In this document: piece after piece, positions 17,630 through 24,227 of the stretch
How the letters are laid out: each line of letters starts with the position of its first letter
How positions within the stretch are numbered: the first letter of the stretch is position 1
IMG/VR virus record: IMGVR_UViG_3300027707_000105
Coordinates: 1-24,468 of that record
Direction: 5' to 3' (one strand)
Origin: a virus
Taxonomy: Duplodnaviria; Caudoviricetes
DNA length: 24,468 bases
Translations under genes and position numbers: made by a program
Notes under the pieces: generated by a model
What the model was told of the DNA's origin: nothing
Databases searched by the model: none
The model's input: the letters and a program-made list of their open reading frames with translations, nothing else

Positions 17630-17980
17630 TTAGAATGGTAAATCGTCCTCTTGTAATTGTACAACCTTTACATTTTCTGTTTGTCTATCTGGCATAAAGC
17701 TACCAGCTGACTTCTCTCTTTCTCCTTTGTTTATATTCCAGCCTTGGATGTTTGCAAAGTATCTGCCCTTCCATTCTGTGCCTCTTAAGTTAATTCCTAT
17801 TTTAACTATATCTCCTAGTTTAAAGTTGTCTAATAAGGAAACTTTGTCTTGAGTAAATTCAACAGGTATAGTCTGAGGATATTGCTCATCTGTTTTTACT
17901 ACTGCTAGTCTCTTTTGGAATCCTTTTGCTCCGATTGTTTCTGTTTCGTTTATAACGATTAATTCTCCTTGTATTTCCAT
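17630..17980 (-). CDS. Single-stranded DNA-binding protein (DUF3127-type)
   Basis: KGFQKR...EQYPQTI...INLRGTEW...QGWNI; acidic tail ending DDLPF; next to erf. Confidence 0.85.
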   Translation of the reverse strand: MEIQGELIVINETETIGAKGFQKRLAVVKTDEQYPQTIPVEFTQDKVSLLDNFKLGDIVKIGINLRGTEWKGRYFANIQGWNINKGEREKSAGSFMPDRQTENVKVVQLQEDDLPF

Positions 17981-17981
17981 C

Positions 17982-18575
17982 TTATTTGTTGTTTAAAAGT
18001 GCTTGTTTTACTTCGTTAGTTAATTTGTATTTTTTCTCTATTAGTTCTATGTCTCCTCCTCCAGCTAAATAGTCAACTGCTTTATTATATGCCTCTGTAC
18101 CTATTTCCAAAGATACTGTCTCTTTTGCTTTTATAGGCTCTTTAGAGTGAGTATTTGTAGCGTCAGCATCTGCAGTGTCATCTATTAATAAAAGATTGCC
18201 TAGAGCGTATTTTTTTGCGTAACTGGATGCACTTCCAAACGCTTGTGGTGTTTGCATTCCTTTTTGTTGTAAATCTACTCCTACTACTGCTGAGCAATCA
18301 ATACTTTTACCACTCTCGCAGTCCCAAATAGTAGCAACCGATGTCATTACAGGAGGGTTAGCATTTATTAACTGCTCATTAATTGTAAAGTAAACTCCGT
18401 ATTTCTCATTCATAGGTTTTAATCCCTCTAGAATATCCTCTGCACTTCTAAAGCTATATTTACCGAATGAATTAAATCTGCTTTTTTTTGCTTTAAACTC
18501 TTGCTGTATTTTGCAAAGTTTCTCTCCGATACATAATGGTATCTCTAATGCTGGTAATTCAATTTTGTTTGCCAT
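17982..18575 (-). CDS. erf: ERF-family single-strand annealing protein
   Basis: FNSFGKYSFRSAEDILEGLKP and PQAFGSASSYAKKYALGNLLLIDDTADAD motifs. Confidence 0.9.
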   Translation of the reverse strand: MANKIELPALEIPLCIGEKLCKIQQEFKAKKSRFNSFGKYSFRSAEDILEGLKPMNEKYGVYFTINEQLINANPPVMTSVATIWDCESGKSIDCSAVVGVDLQQKGMQTPQAFGSASSYAKKYALGNLLLIDDTADADATNTHSKEPIKAKETVSLEIGTEAYNKAVDYLAGGGDIELIEKKYKLTNEVKQALLNNK

Positions 18576-18585
18576 TTTAAGTTGT

Positions 18586-18762
18586 TTAAAAGTTTATAAT
18601 TAGATTCATTAATATTTTTTTTGCCTCTTGTAAATTTTCAAAATGTATTTCTTCTTCATATTCATTTTCAATAACTCTACCGCTAAAATCACTAAAAATT
18701 CTTATACTATAGCTTTGTTCTAATTTATCTGAAATCTCTAATAAAGTAAATATTTCGTGCAT
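18586..18762 (-). CDS. Small acidic hypothetical protein, 58 aa (MHEIFTLLEISDKLEQ...)
   Basis: Translated by hand; fills the gap between two genes. Confidence 0.65.
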   Translation of the reverse strand: MHEIFTLLEISDKLEQSYSIRIFSDFSGRVIENEYEEEIHFENLQEAKKILMNLIINF

Positions 18763-18763
18763 C

Positions 18764-18979
18764 TTAATTTGTTTTAAAGTTATTAGTATTAGTTTGTGTA
18801 AATGTATAAAATTTATCCTCGTAATAATTGCTTACTATTTCTGCTTGGTGAACTTCGATGTTATTTGTCAGTCTTTCGACCTCGTCCATTAAGCGTAAGT
18901 TTTCAATTCTTAAGGCTTCGTTTGATTGGCTTAAAAAATTTACCAATTCTTTTGTACTCCAGTTTTCGTTTGCTTTCAT
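18764..18979 (-). CDS. Hypothetical coiled-coil protein
   Basis: 71 aa; A-rich leader. Confidence 0.7.
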   Translation of the reverse strand: MKANENWSTKELVNFLSQSNEALRIENLRLMDEVERLTNNIEVHQAEIVSNYYEDKFYTFTQTNTNNFKTN

Positions 18980-18996
18980 TTTGTTTTAGTTTTAAA

Positions 18997-19167
18997 TTAA
19001 TTATATTCACTGTACTCGTAATATTCATCGTAAAAAATTGTATAGTCTAAATCTGGATGCAATTCTTTATATTTTCTTTGCTCTTGCTTAGCTTGTCTTT
19101 CAGTTAAAAAAAGTATGTAAGGCTTTCCCTCTTCTAACAATACAAATCTAGTATCTTTAATCTCCAT
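18997..19167 (-). CDS. Hypothetical protein
   Basis: ORF track entry; likely start is MEIKDTRF at 19167. Confidence 0.65.
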   Translation of the reverse strand: MEIKDTRFVLLEEGKPYILFLTERQAKQEQRKYKELHPDLDYTIFYDEYYEYSEYN

Positions 19168-19342
19168 CTCTTTCGTATAATTCTGCAATCATTTGTATAT
19201 CTTTATTTATCTCGTCTAATTGGTCAGAGTCCATAGGTCTACCATTGTAATCTGCACTTACTATATAAATATCGCTATAATCTTTATTATCCTCCCAGTC
19301 TATTCCTCCAAACTCTATATTATCTATTAATTCTATTGTCAT
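19157..19342 (-). CDS. Very acidic 61-aa protein (IEFGGIDWEDNKDYSDIYIVSADYNGRPM)
   Basis: ORF track entry; coupled to neighbours. Confidence 0.7.
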   Translation of the reverse strand: MTIELIDNIEFGGIDWEDNKDYSDIYIVSADYNGRPMDSDQLDEINKDIQMIAELYERDGD

Positions 19343-19493
19343 CTTTATATGTTATAATGTTAATTTTTGCTACTTTTTTTTCCGATACTACAGGCTTGAT
19401 GTTAAATGTTAATTCTATGTGAGTTAATTCTTTGTCTCTTTCAAATACACTTCGCATCTCTGCGTATATCTTTGCCCAATCTTTACTATCCAT
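19320..19493 (-). CDS. Small hypothetical protein, 57 aa (MDSKDWAKIYAEMRSVFERDK...)
   Basis: Translated by hand; overlaps both neighbours. Confidence 0.6.
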   Translation of the reverse strand: MDSKDWAKIYAEMRSVFERDKELTHIELTFNIKPVVSEKKVAKINIITYKDDNRINR

Positions 19494-19650
19494 TTGCTAT
19501 CTCTTTAATTGAATCAATCCTTTTAAAAACTATATTCTCTTTTAAAAATAAGTTAAATGCATCTTCAAATGTTTGTGCCTCTATTACTCTTTCAAAGTCT
19601 GTACACTCATCTCTATACTCTGACCAGTATGTAATTAAATATTTTCTCAT
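19486..19650 (-). CDS. Small hypothetical protein, 54 aa (MRKYLITYWSEYRDECTDFE...)
   Basis: Translated by hand; ATGA overlap upstream. Confidence 0.65.
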   Translation of the reverse strand: MRKYLITYWSEYRDECTDFERVIEAQTFEDAFNLFLKENIVFKRIDSIKEIANG

Positions 19651-19730
19651 CTTGTAAATTGTAAAAGTATATAAAACAATACTACTATTATAAATTTAAA
19701 TTGGTTCTCTGCTTTTAAAAAATTTTTCAT
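19647..19730 (-). CDS. 27-aa membrane peptide (MKNFLKAENQFKFIIVVLFYILLQFTR)
   Basis: Translated by hand; coupled on both sides; single hydrophobic helix. Confidence 0.6.
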   Translation of the reverse strand: MKNFLKAENQFKFIIVVLFYILLQFTR

Positions 19731-19732
19731 AT

Positions 19733-19963
19733 CTATTTGCTTAAAACGATTTGTATATTTCCTTTTTTGTACTCAATCATATCTAATCTTTTTTTATCGT
19801 ATAAACCATAAAATCTTACAAAATTATCATTTAATAAATCTTGCTCTAGTTGCGTGTCGTAATCTGCCATCGCTCTTACGTTTGAGTGATTAATCGAGAT
19901 GTTAAAAAATCTGTCTAAATCTAAATTGGCTTTTTGTAATTCTAAAAATAATTCGTTTTTCAT
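19733..19963 (-). CDS. Hypothetical protein
   Basis: 76 aa; A-rich leader. Confidence 0.7.
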   Translation of the reverse strand: MKNELFLELQKANLDLDRFFNISINHSNVRAMADYDTQLEQDLLNDNFVRFYGLYDKKRLDMIEYKKGNIQIVLSK

Positions 19964-19981
19964 ATTGTTTTGGTTTTATGA

Positions 19982-20068
19982 TTAATAAAATAATCTTGTT
20001 AAAAAATATACTGCAATAAATCCTATTGCGTAAACTTGATACTTTTGTTTTGATAAAAATGTTTTCAT
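19982..20068 (-). CDS. 28-aa membrane peptide (MKTFLSKQKYQVYAIGFIAVYFLTRLFY)
   Basis: Translated by hand; A-rich leader; similar to the 19647..19730 peptide. Confidence 0.6.
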   Translation of the reverse strand: MKTFLSKQKYQVYAIGFIAVYFLTRLFY

Positions 20069-20081
20069 TTGTTTTTTATTT

Positions 20082-20279
20082 TTAACCTCTTACACCACCA
20101 TTATATCCTCTTTTTACTTTACCGTAGTAATATTTTTGATAATTAGTTGTATCAGCTTTAAACATTTTTAAAGCATCCTTTATGTTAGAGGCACAATAGT
20201 AAATACTTGTAGGTCTGCCCATACTATCAACTACATTGTAGTAGTTTGTTTGTTCGATTTTTTGAGTTTCTGTTGTCAT
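20082..20279 (-). CDS. Hypothetical early protein (MTTETQKIEQ...)
   Basis: First gene after the promoter at 20313; likely start is ATG 20279. Confidence 0.7.
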   Translation of the reverse strand: MTTETQKIEQTNYYNVVDSMGRPTSIYYCASNIKDALKMFKADTTNYQKYYYGKVKRGYNGGVRG

Positions 20280-20312
20280 AATTTTAGTGTTTTTTTTGTT
20301 ATTAATATTTGA

Positions 20313-20348
20313 CAAATATATAAACATTTTGTTAATAAAAAAACTTTT
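20313..20348 (-). promoter_or_regulatory. Bacteroidota sigma-A type early promoter (-7 TATATTTG) with the 29-bp repeat/operator
   Basis: TAnnTTTG at 20320-20313; 20320-20348 is identical to 14721-14749. Confidence 0.75.
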
Positions 20349-20372
20349 TTGCAATTATTTTTAAAAAAAGAT

Positions 20373-20407
20373 AAAAAAAAATCCCAACCTAATAAAAGAC
20401 TGGGACT
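20373..20407 (-). terminator. Intrinsic terminator
   Basis: AGUCCCAGUCU-UUUAUU-AGGUUGGGAUU followed by a U run. Confidence 0.75.
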
Positions 20408-20447
20408 TTCAAACAAAAACAAAGTAATATTATGATTAACAAAATCT
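20373..20447 (-). ncRNA. Putative ~70-75 nt small RNA
   Basis: TATATTTG -7 element at 20458-20451, no minus-strand ORF, terminator at 20373-20407; body complementary to early-gene start regions. Confidence 0.5.
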
Positions 20448-20463
20448 TTACAAATATAGTAAT

Positions 20464-21015
20464 TTAATTAAGTTTACCAAACTCTTTGATTAAAATATCA
20501 TACTTTAATTTTTTAGCTATTAGTTCGCATTTTGCAAACTTATAGTTTCTAGTTTCATTTGCTTTGGCTTCTATCTCATCTGTATATTCTATTCCGTATC
20601 TCTGAATTAATCCTAATCTGTAATTTAATTCGTTACCTCCTAAAAACCTATTACACTTTCTGCATTGTTTATGGCAGTTATTCTCATCAAATATAACTCC
20701 TGAGTATATCTCTGCTTTCTTATAGTGACCTCCGTCCCATAGTTCTGTGTTTTCTATTCCACAAGATATGCAAGGTTGTTTATTGTCTCGCATTCTAACC
20801 CACTTTTGAAAGGACTTTTTAGCCTCTGCTTCATATTGGCCTAGAGTTTTGAGTTTGTCTCTTAAAATGGCTTTCTCTGCCTTCCATTCTCTTTGGTCTT
20901 TTAGTTGTTTAAGTTTCTTTGAATGATCTATTGCACACTTATAACCGCATACTGCTTGAGCGAACTGGACCGGAGTAAATATAGTTTGACAAACTTTGCA
21001 TTTTTTATCTTTCAT
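20464..21015 (-). CDS. ninG: NinG/Rap recombination endonuclease
   Basis: CKVC...CGYKC N-terminal Zn site; VRMRD...PCISCG...DGGHY...FDENNCHKQCRKCN...YRLGLIQRYG. Confidence 0.92.
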   Translation of the reverse strand: MKDKKCKVCQTIFTPVQFAQAVCGYKCAIDHSKKLKQLKDQREWKAEKAILRDKLKTLGQYEAEAKKSFQKWVRMRDNKQPCISCGIENTELWDGGHYKKAEIYSGVIFDENNCHKQCRKCNRFLGGNELNYRLGLIQRYGIEYTDEIEAKANETRNYKFAKCELIAKKLKYDILIKEFGKLN

Positions 21016-21078
21016 TTTCCAGTATACAGTTATTTTTAGATAATATTTTCCATTATATCTTGTCCCAAATTTAGATTA

Positions 21079-21585
21079 TTATAGAGACCAAAAAATTAAC
21101 CCTTTATACTTTCTCCAAAGTATGTATATAGGTATTAATAACAAAAACCAAAGTAGCCACCAATAAGACTGTTTACGTTCTGTTTGTTTTGTTTCAACTA
21201 CTTTGTTTGTTTTAACCGCCTTTAAATCGCTTTTTTGTACGTTCTGTTGGACTTTTACATCTTTTACTATACTTATATTGTTTTTCTTTTTTGAACGCTT
21301 AATTTTAGCGTTTATGTACGTTACTCCATTCACAACCATAGGTATTGTGTCAGATATAGGACATATCTCTATATCATCACTTGTTGAAGTGTCAACTATT
21401 TTAGTGTTGTCAGTTACCCTCGTTTCTATTTCAAGAGTAGATTTTTCAGTTTTTTGCTCTTGTTCTTGAGTTTTAGACTTTGCTACCTTTCTAGAGCCAC
21501 AAGAAGTCATAAATAATAAAACTATAAAACTAAATACAATAGTTAGTATAAAATTATTCCTGTTGTTGTTTTCTGTTGTTTTCAT
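21079..21585 (-). CDS. Lipoprotein with a C-terminal transmembrane helix (u-spanin-like)
   Basis: Hydrophobic signal ending in MTS-C-G; polar linker; YWWLLWFLLLIPIYILW followed by RKYK. Confidence 0.65.
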   Translation of the reverse strand: MKTTENNNRNNFILTIVFSFIVLLFMTSCGSRKVAKSKTQEQEQKTEKSTLEIETRVTDNTKIVDTSTSDDIEICPISDTIPMVVNGVTYINAKIKRSKKKNNISIVKDVKVQQNVQKSDLKAVKTNKVVETKQTERKQSYWWLLWFLLLIPIYILWRKYKGLIFWSL

Positions 21586-21698
21586 TTTTTTAAATTTATT
21601 ATTTTAAAATACACACTATTTACGCTTTCTTTATTTACGCCTCTTTTATAGTAAAAATTCATAACTCTTTTGATTCTTTGGTAGTTTGATGCACTCAT
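21582..21698 (-). CDS. Small basic protein, 38 aa (MSASNYQRIKRVMNFYYKRGVNKESVNSVYFKIINLKK)
   Basis: Translated by hand; ATGA overlaps at both ends. Confidence 0.65.
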   Translation of the reverse strand: MSASNYQRIKRVMNFYYKRGVNKESVNSVYFKIINLKK

Positions 21699-22021
21699 AA
21701 ATTAATTTGTATTTTTATTGTTTCACATCCCATTTTATGTACACCATCAGTTTGATGGCATTTACTGCAGTACGTATCATTTACGCACTTTGGATACGTA
21801 CAGTAATCTAAATTACAAATCTCTCCGTCTCTTTTAACTCCGTTTAATTTACACTTGTTTGCATCTCTTCCATTAGGCCAAAACATATCGCAATTATCTG
21901 CATCGTCATCTCTACTAAATCCTCCATAACTTTGGTAAACTAAACTTGCTGGAGCAGTAAACCTATGGCAGTAATCTTTTGACGGACAAAAACTATCGTT
22001 ACATTTTGATATATCACTCAT
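21695..22021 (-). CDS. Cys-rich protein (11 Cys in 108 aa), probably several Zn-binding modules
   Basis: ORF track entry; three Cys/His clusters. Confidence 0.7.
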   Translation of the reverse strand: MSDISKCNDSFCPSKDYCHRFTAPASLVYQSYGGFSRDDDADNCDMFWPNGRDANKCKLNGVKRDGEICNLDYCTYPKCVNDTYCSKCHQTDGVHKMGCETIKIQINL

Positions 22022-22178
22022 CTTCTTCTGTTTTTAAATATTCTTTTATAATATCTATATCCCAACCGTAACTTAATAACATACCGGTTAATGCTTTTGT
22101 AATTTGCTCCATACTTACATCTACATTTGTAAATTCAGTTGTATATGTTTCATATTTAGTTTCTATTTTAATTATCAT
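22014..22178 (-). CDS. Small acidic protein, 54 aa (MIIKIETKYETYTTEFTNVDVSMEQITKALTGMLLSYGW...)
   Basis: Translated by hand; coupled to both neighbours. Confidence 0.65.
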   Translation of the reverse strand: MIIKIETKYETYTTEFTNVDVSMEQITKALTGMLLSYGWDIDIIKEYLKTEEDE

Positions 22179-22179
22179 A

Positions 22180-22497
22180 CTATTTAAGTTGTTTATTATA
22201 TTGCTCTATCTTATCAAGAGTATATTTTTTTTTATTCAATCCGTTTTCTAAATGTAATTCATTAAAATAATCTCCTTTTCTTATTTCTCTCCAGTCTTGA
22301 ATATTAAAATTAAATGATTTTAAAAATATTTGCTTTGATAAATATGATTCGCAAAGTTCTAAATTATTTTTATCCTCTTTCCATTTTATAATTTCTTTAT
22401 CATTTAATTCTTTACTATTAATTACTTTTTTTAATTCATCTTCAAATTCTTGTTTGATTTGCTTATCAAATATTTGTATAAGATTATTTATATTCAT
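22180..22497 (-). CDS. Hypothetical protein, very AT-rich gene
   Basis: 105-aa ORF; no motif recognised. Confidence 0.55.
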   Translation of the reverse strand: MNINNLIQIFDKQIKQEFEDELKKVINSKELNDKEIIKWKEDKNNLELCESYLSKQIFLKSFNFNIQDWREIRKGDYFNELHLENGLNKKKYTLDKIEQYNKQLK

Positions 22498-22509
22498 ACT
22501 ATTTATATA

Positions 22510-22608
22510 TTAATTAATACTACTTTGAAGATTATAGCTGGTGAGTAAACAGAGGAAGCCTAAGAGAATAAGTACGTTAGTCTTAATCCAGATATTAATA
22601 TTTTTCAT
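22510..22608 (-). CDS. Possible 32-aa hydrophobic peptide (MKNINIWIKTNVLILLGFLCLLTSYNLQSSIN)
   Basis: Translated by hand; central hydrophobic stretch; could be a chance ORF. Confidence 0.3.
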   Translation of the reverse strand: MKNINIWIKTNVLILLGFLCLLTSYNLQSSIN

Positions 22609-22762
22609 TTAATACCTTCTCTCTCTGTTTTAATTCTACTTCGTTAGACCGTTGCAGTTTCGTATACAGTTGCACCATTAGAAGCCCATTTTAGTGCTTT
22701 AAACATAAGTCAAATTGTTGTAATCTTCCCCTTAATTCCTTATGTCGATTTGTTTAGGTAAC

Positions 22763-22867
22763 AAAAAACCCTTAATCAAAGAGGCTAGACATTCTTTGTT
22801 AAGGGCTTATTTCGAATTTTCAAAATGGCATCCTACTTTTATCAATAGGTGTCTAGCCAAATCGATG
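22763..22867 (-). ncRNA. Putative ~105-nt structured RNA or attenuator (terminator hairpin with 5'-loop pseudoknot)
   Basis: Promoter TATATTTG at 22878-22871; stem 22769-22782/22793-22805 plus U6 tail; loop 22783-22791 complementary to 22850-22858. Confidence 0.6.
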
Positions 22868-22924
22868 CACCAAATATAAAAACTTATTTCGAATAACAAT
22901 AATAAAGTTATTTACTAAAAATGT

Positions 22925-23761
22925 TTATAACTCCATTGGTATTACTATCGGTAACGTTCCCTTGTTTAAAAGCACTCCACAACCTATTGCTGGTTTCTTA
23001 AAATGCTTTCCATAGGCCATAGCATAACTCTTATTATCTATTCCACATCCCACTTGCATTCCAAATATTCTAAAATTCTTTCCTACTATAAAATCTATAT
23101 ATAACTCTGAATGCAAATGGCCTTGTATCTGGCTCTGCAATTCTTTTTTCATTTTAGCTCTTGCAGTTCCTCCCTCTCCGTGATTAATATTTACATCAAA
23201 CAAATCTAGGCTCTCTACAAATTCCCAATTAGGGACTTTTAAAACTTCTTTGTACTCTTTAATCCACCTTTTAGAAACTCCTCCAGAAAATGCTTTACGA
23301 TATACTAGTCTGTCGTGGTTACCAATTATAACACTAGCTTTTGGAAATACCTTATAGTACTTTTGTAGTTCGTTAATTGCTACGTCTAATTCATCTCCAG
23401 CTGACATTCCATCTGGGTCACTTTCGTGATAGCTTGAATAATGATTATCGATAACATCGCCAATAAAAACTACTGTCCCACATTTAAACTTTTTTTGTTG
23501 CTCTAGACAAAATTCTAAATAATTAGGTAAATTAAATGGAGCGTGTAAATCTCCAATTATTAAAATGTTATTCGGGTTACCAAAATTATATGGCTCTAAT
23601 TTATCTAAATCCTTATTTCTAAATTTACCAATATGCTTGCGTAAAGTTTCTAATTCTTTCAAATCTGCATCAGGAATTAACTCTTTTGCTATCTCGGTAT
23701 TGTTAAGATTAGAGTCTAAAAATTCTAAAATACTACTATTTAAATACTGGTATTTAGACAT
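22925..23761 (-). CDS. Calcineurin-like metallophosphoesterase
   Basis: GDLH, GDVID, GNHD, NHG and GHLH motifs; extra N-terminal helical/HTH-like segment. Confidence 0.9.
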   Translation of the reverse strand: MSKYQYLNSSILEFLDSNLNNTEIAKELIPDADLKELETLRKHIGKFRNKDLDKLEPYNFGNPNNILIIGDLHAPFNLPNYLEFCLEQQKKFKCGTVVFIGDVIDNHYSSYHESDPDGMSAGDELDVAINELQKYYKVFPKASVIIGNHDRLVYRKAFSGGVSKRWIKEYKEVLKVPNWEFVESLDLFDVNINHGEGGTARAKMKKELQSQIQGHLHSELYIDFIVGKNFRIFGMQVGCGIDNKSYAMAYGKHFKKPAIGCGVLLNKGTLPIVIPMEL

Positions 23762-23891
23762 AATTTATATTTAGTTATTTTATGTAAAACTACACAAAAA
23801 AAAAGCTAAAATCGATTTTAAGGCTATTTTTATCAACAATTTTTTAATAAACGTATTAGTACATTACTTTTTATTTATCTTTAAACTAGCT

Positions 23892-23917
23892 AAAAATCCC
23901 TTATTTTATAGGGTTTT
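23892..23917 (-). terminator. Possible terminator after the lysis-side genes
   Basis: AAAACCCU-AUAAAAUA-AGGGAUUUUU; short stem. Confidence 0.4.
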
Positions 23918-23943
23918 ACAGAGTGATAAAATTCTTACAAACT

Positions 23944-24150
23944 TTATTGTTTAAATGTACTCCAAATGAAATTTACACTGAAAAAAAATAGCAATACTTG
24001 GATAGTATGCTCTGTCTCATCTTCGTCAAATAACTCATCGTGATATAATGCTCCAAACATTAAACCTTTGATAGGTGCAAAAATAATATCGCAGTTTACA
24101 AAATTTATAATAAAGAAAAACACAAACGTAAGTAAAAATAATATTATCAT
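23944..24150 (-). CDS. Small membrane protein with hydrophobic N- and C-terminal segments
   Basis: 68 aa next to the endolysin; a holin role is not established. Confidence 0.6.
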   Translation of the reverse strand: MIILFLLTFVFFFIINFVNCDIIFAPIKGLMFGALYHDELFDEDETEHTIQVLLFFFSVNFIWSTFKQ

Positions 24151-24227
24151 AATTAATCAATTTAAAGCGTTTTAAAGGACGATAATTTAAAAAGTATATA
24201 AGTATACCAAAAATGTATTTTAGTTGC

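Noticed and set aside
921-23774. All plus-strand ORFs in the track (for example 921..1184, 10311..10877, 14240..14602, 16712..16972, 21203..21469)
   Set aside because: Antisense shadows of well-supported minus-strand genes; no motifs or plausible leaders
23944-24150. Holin call for the small membrane protein
   Set aside because: Only position and hydrophobicity support it; the acidic middle and short second segment are not diagnostic
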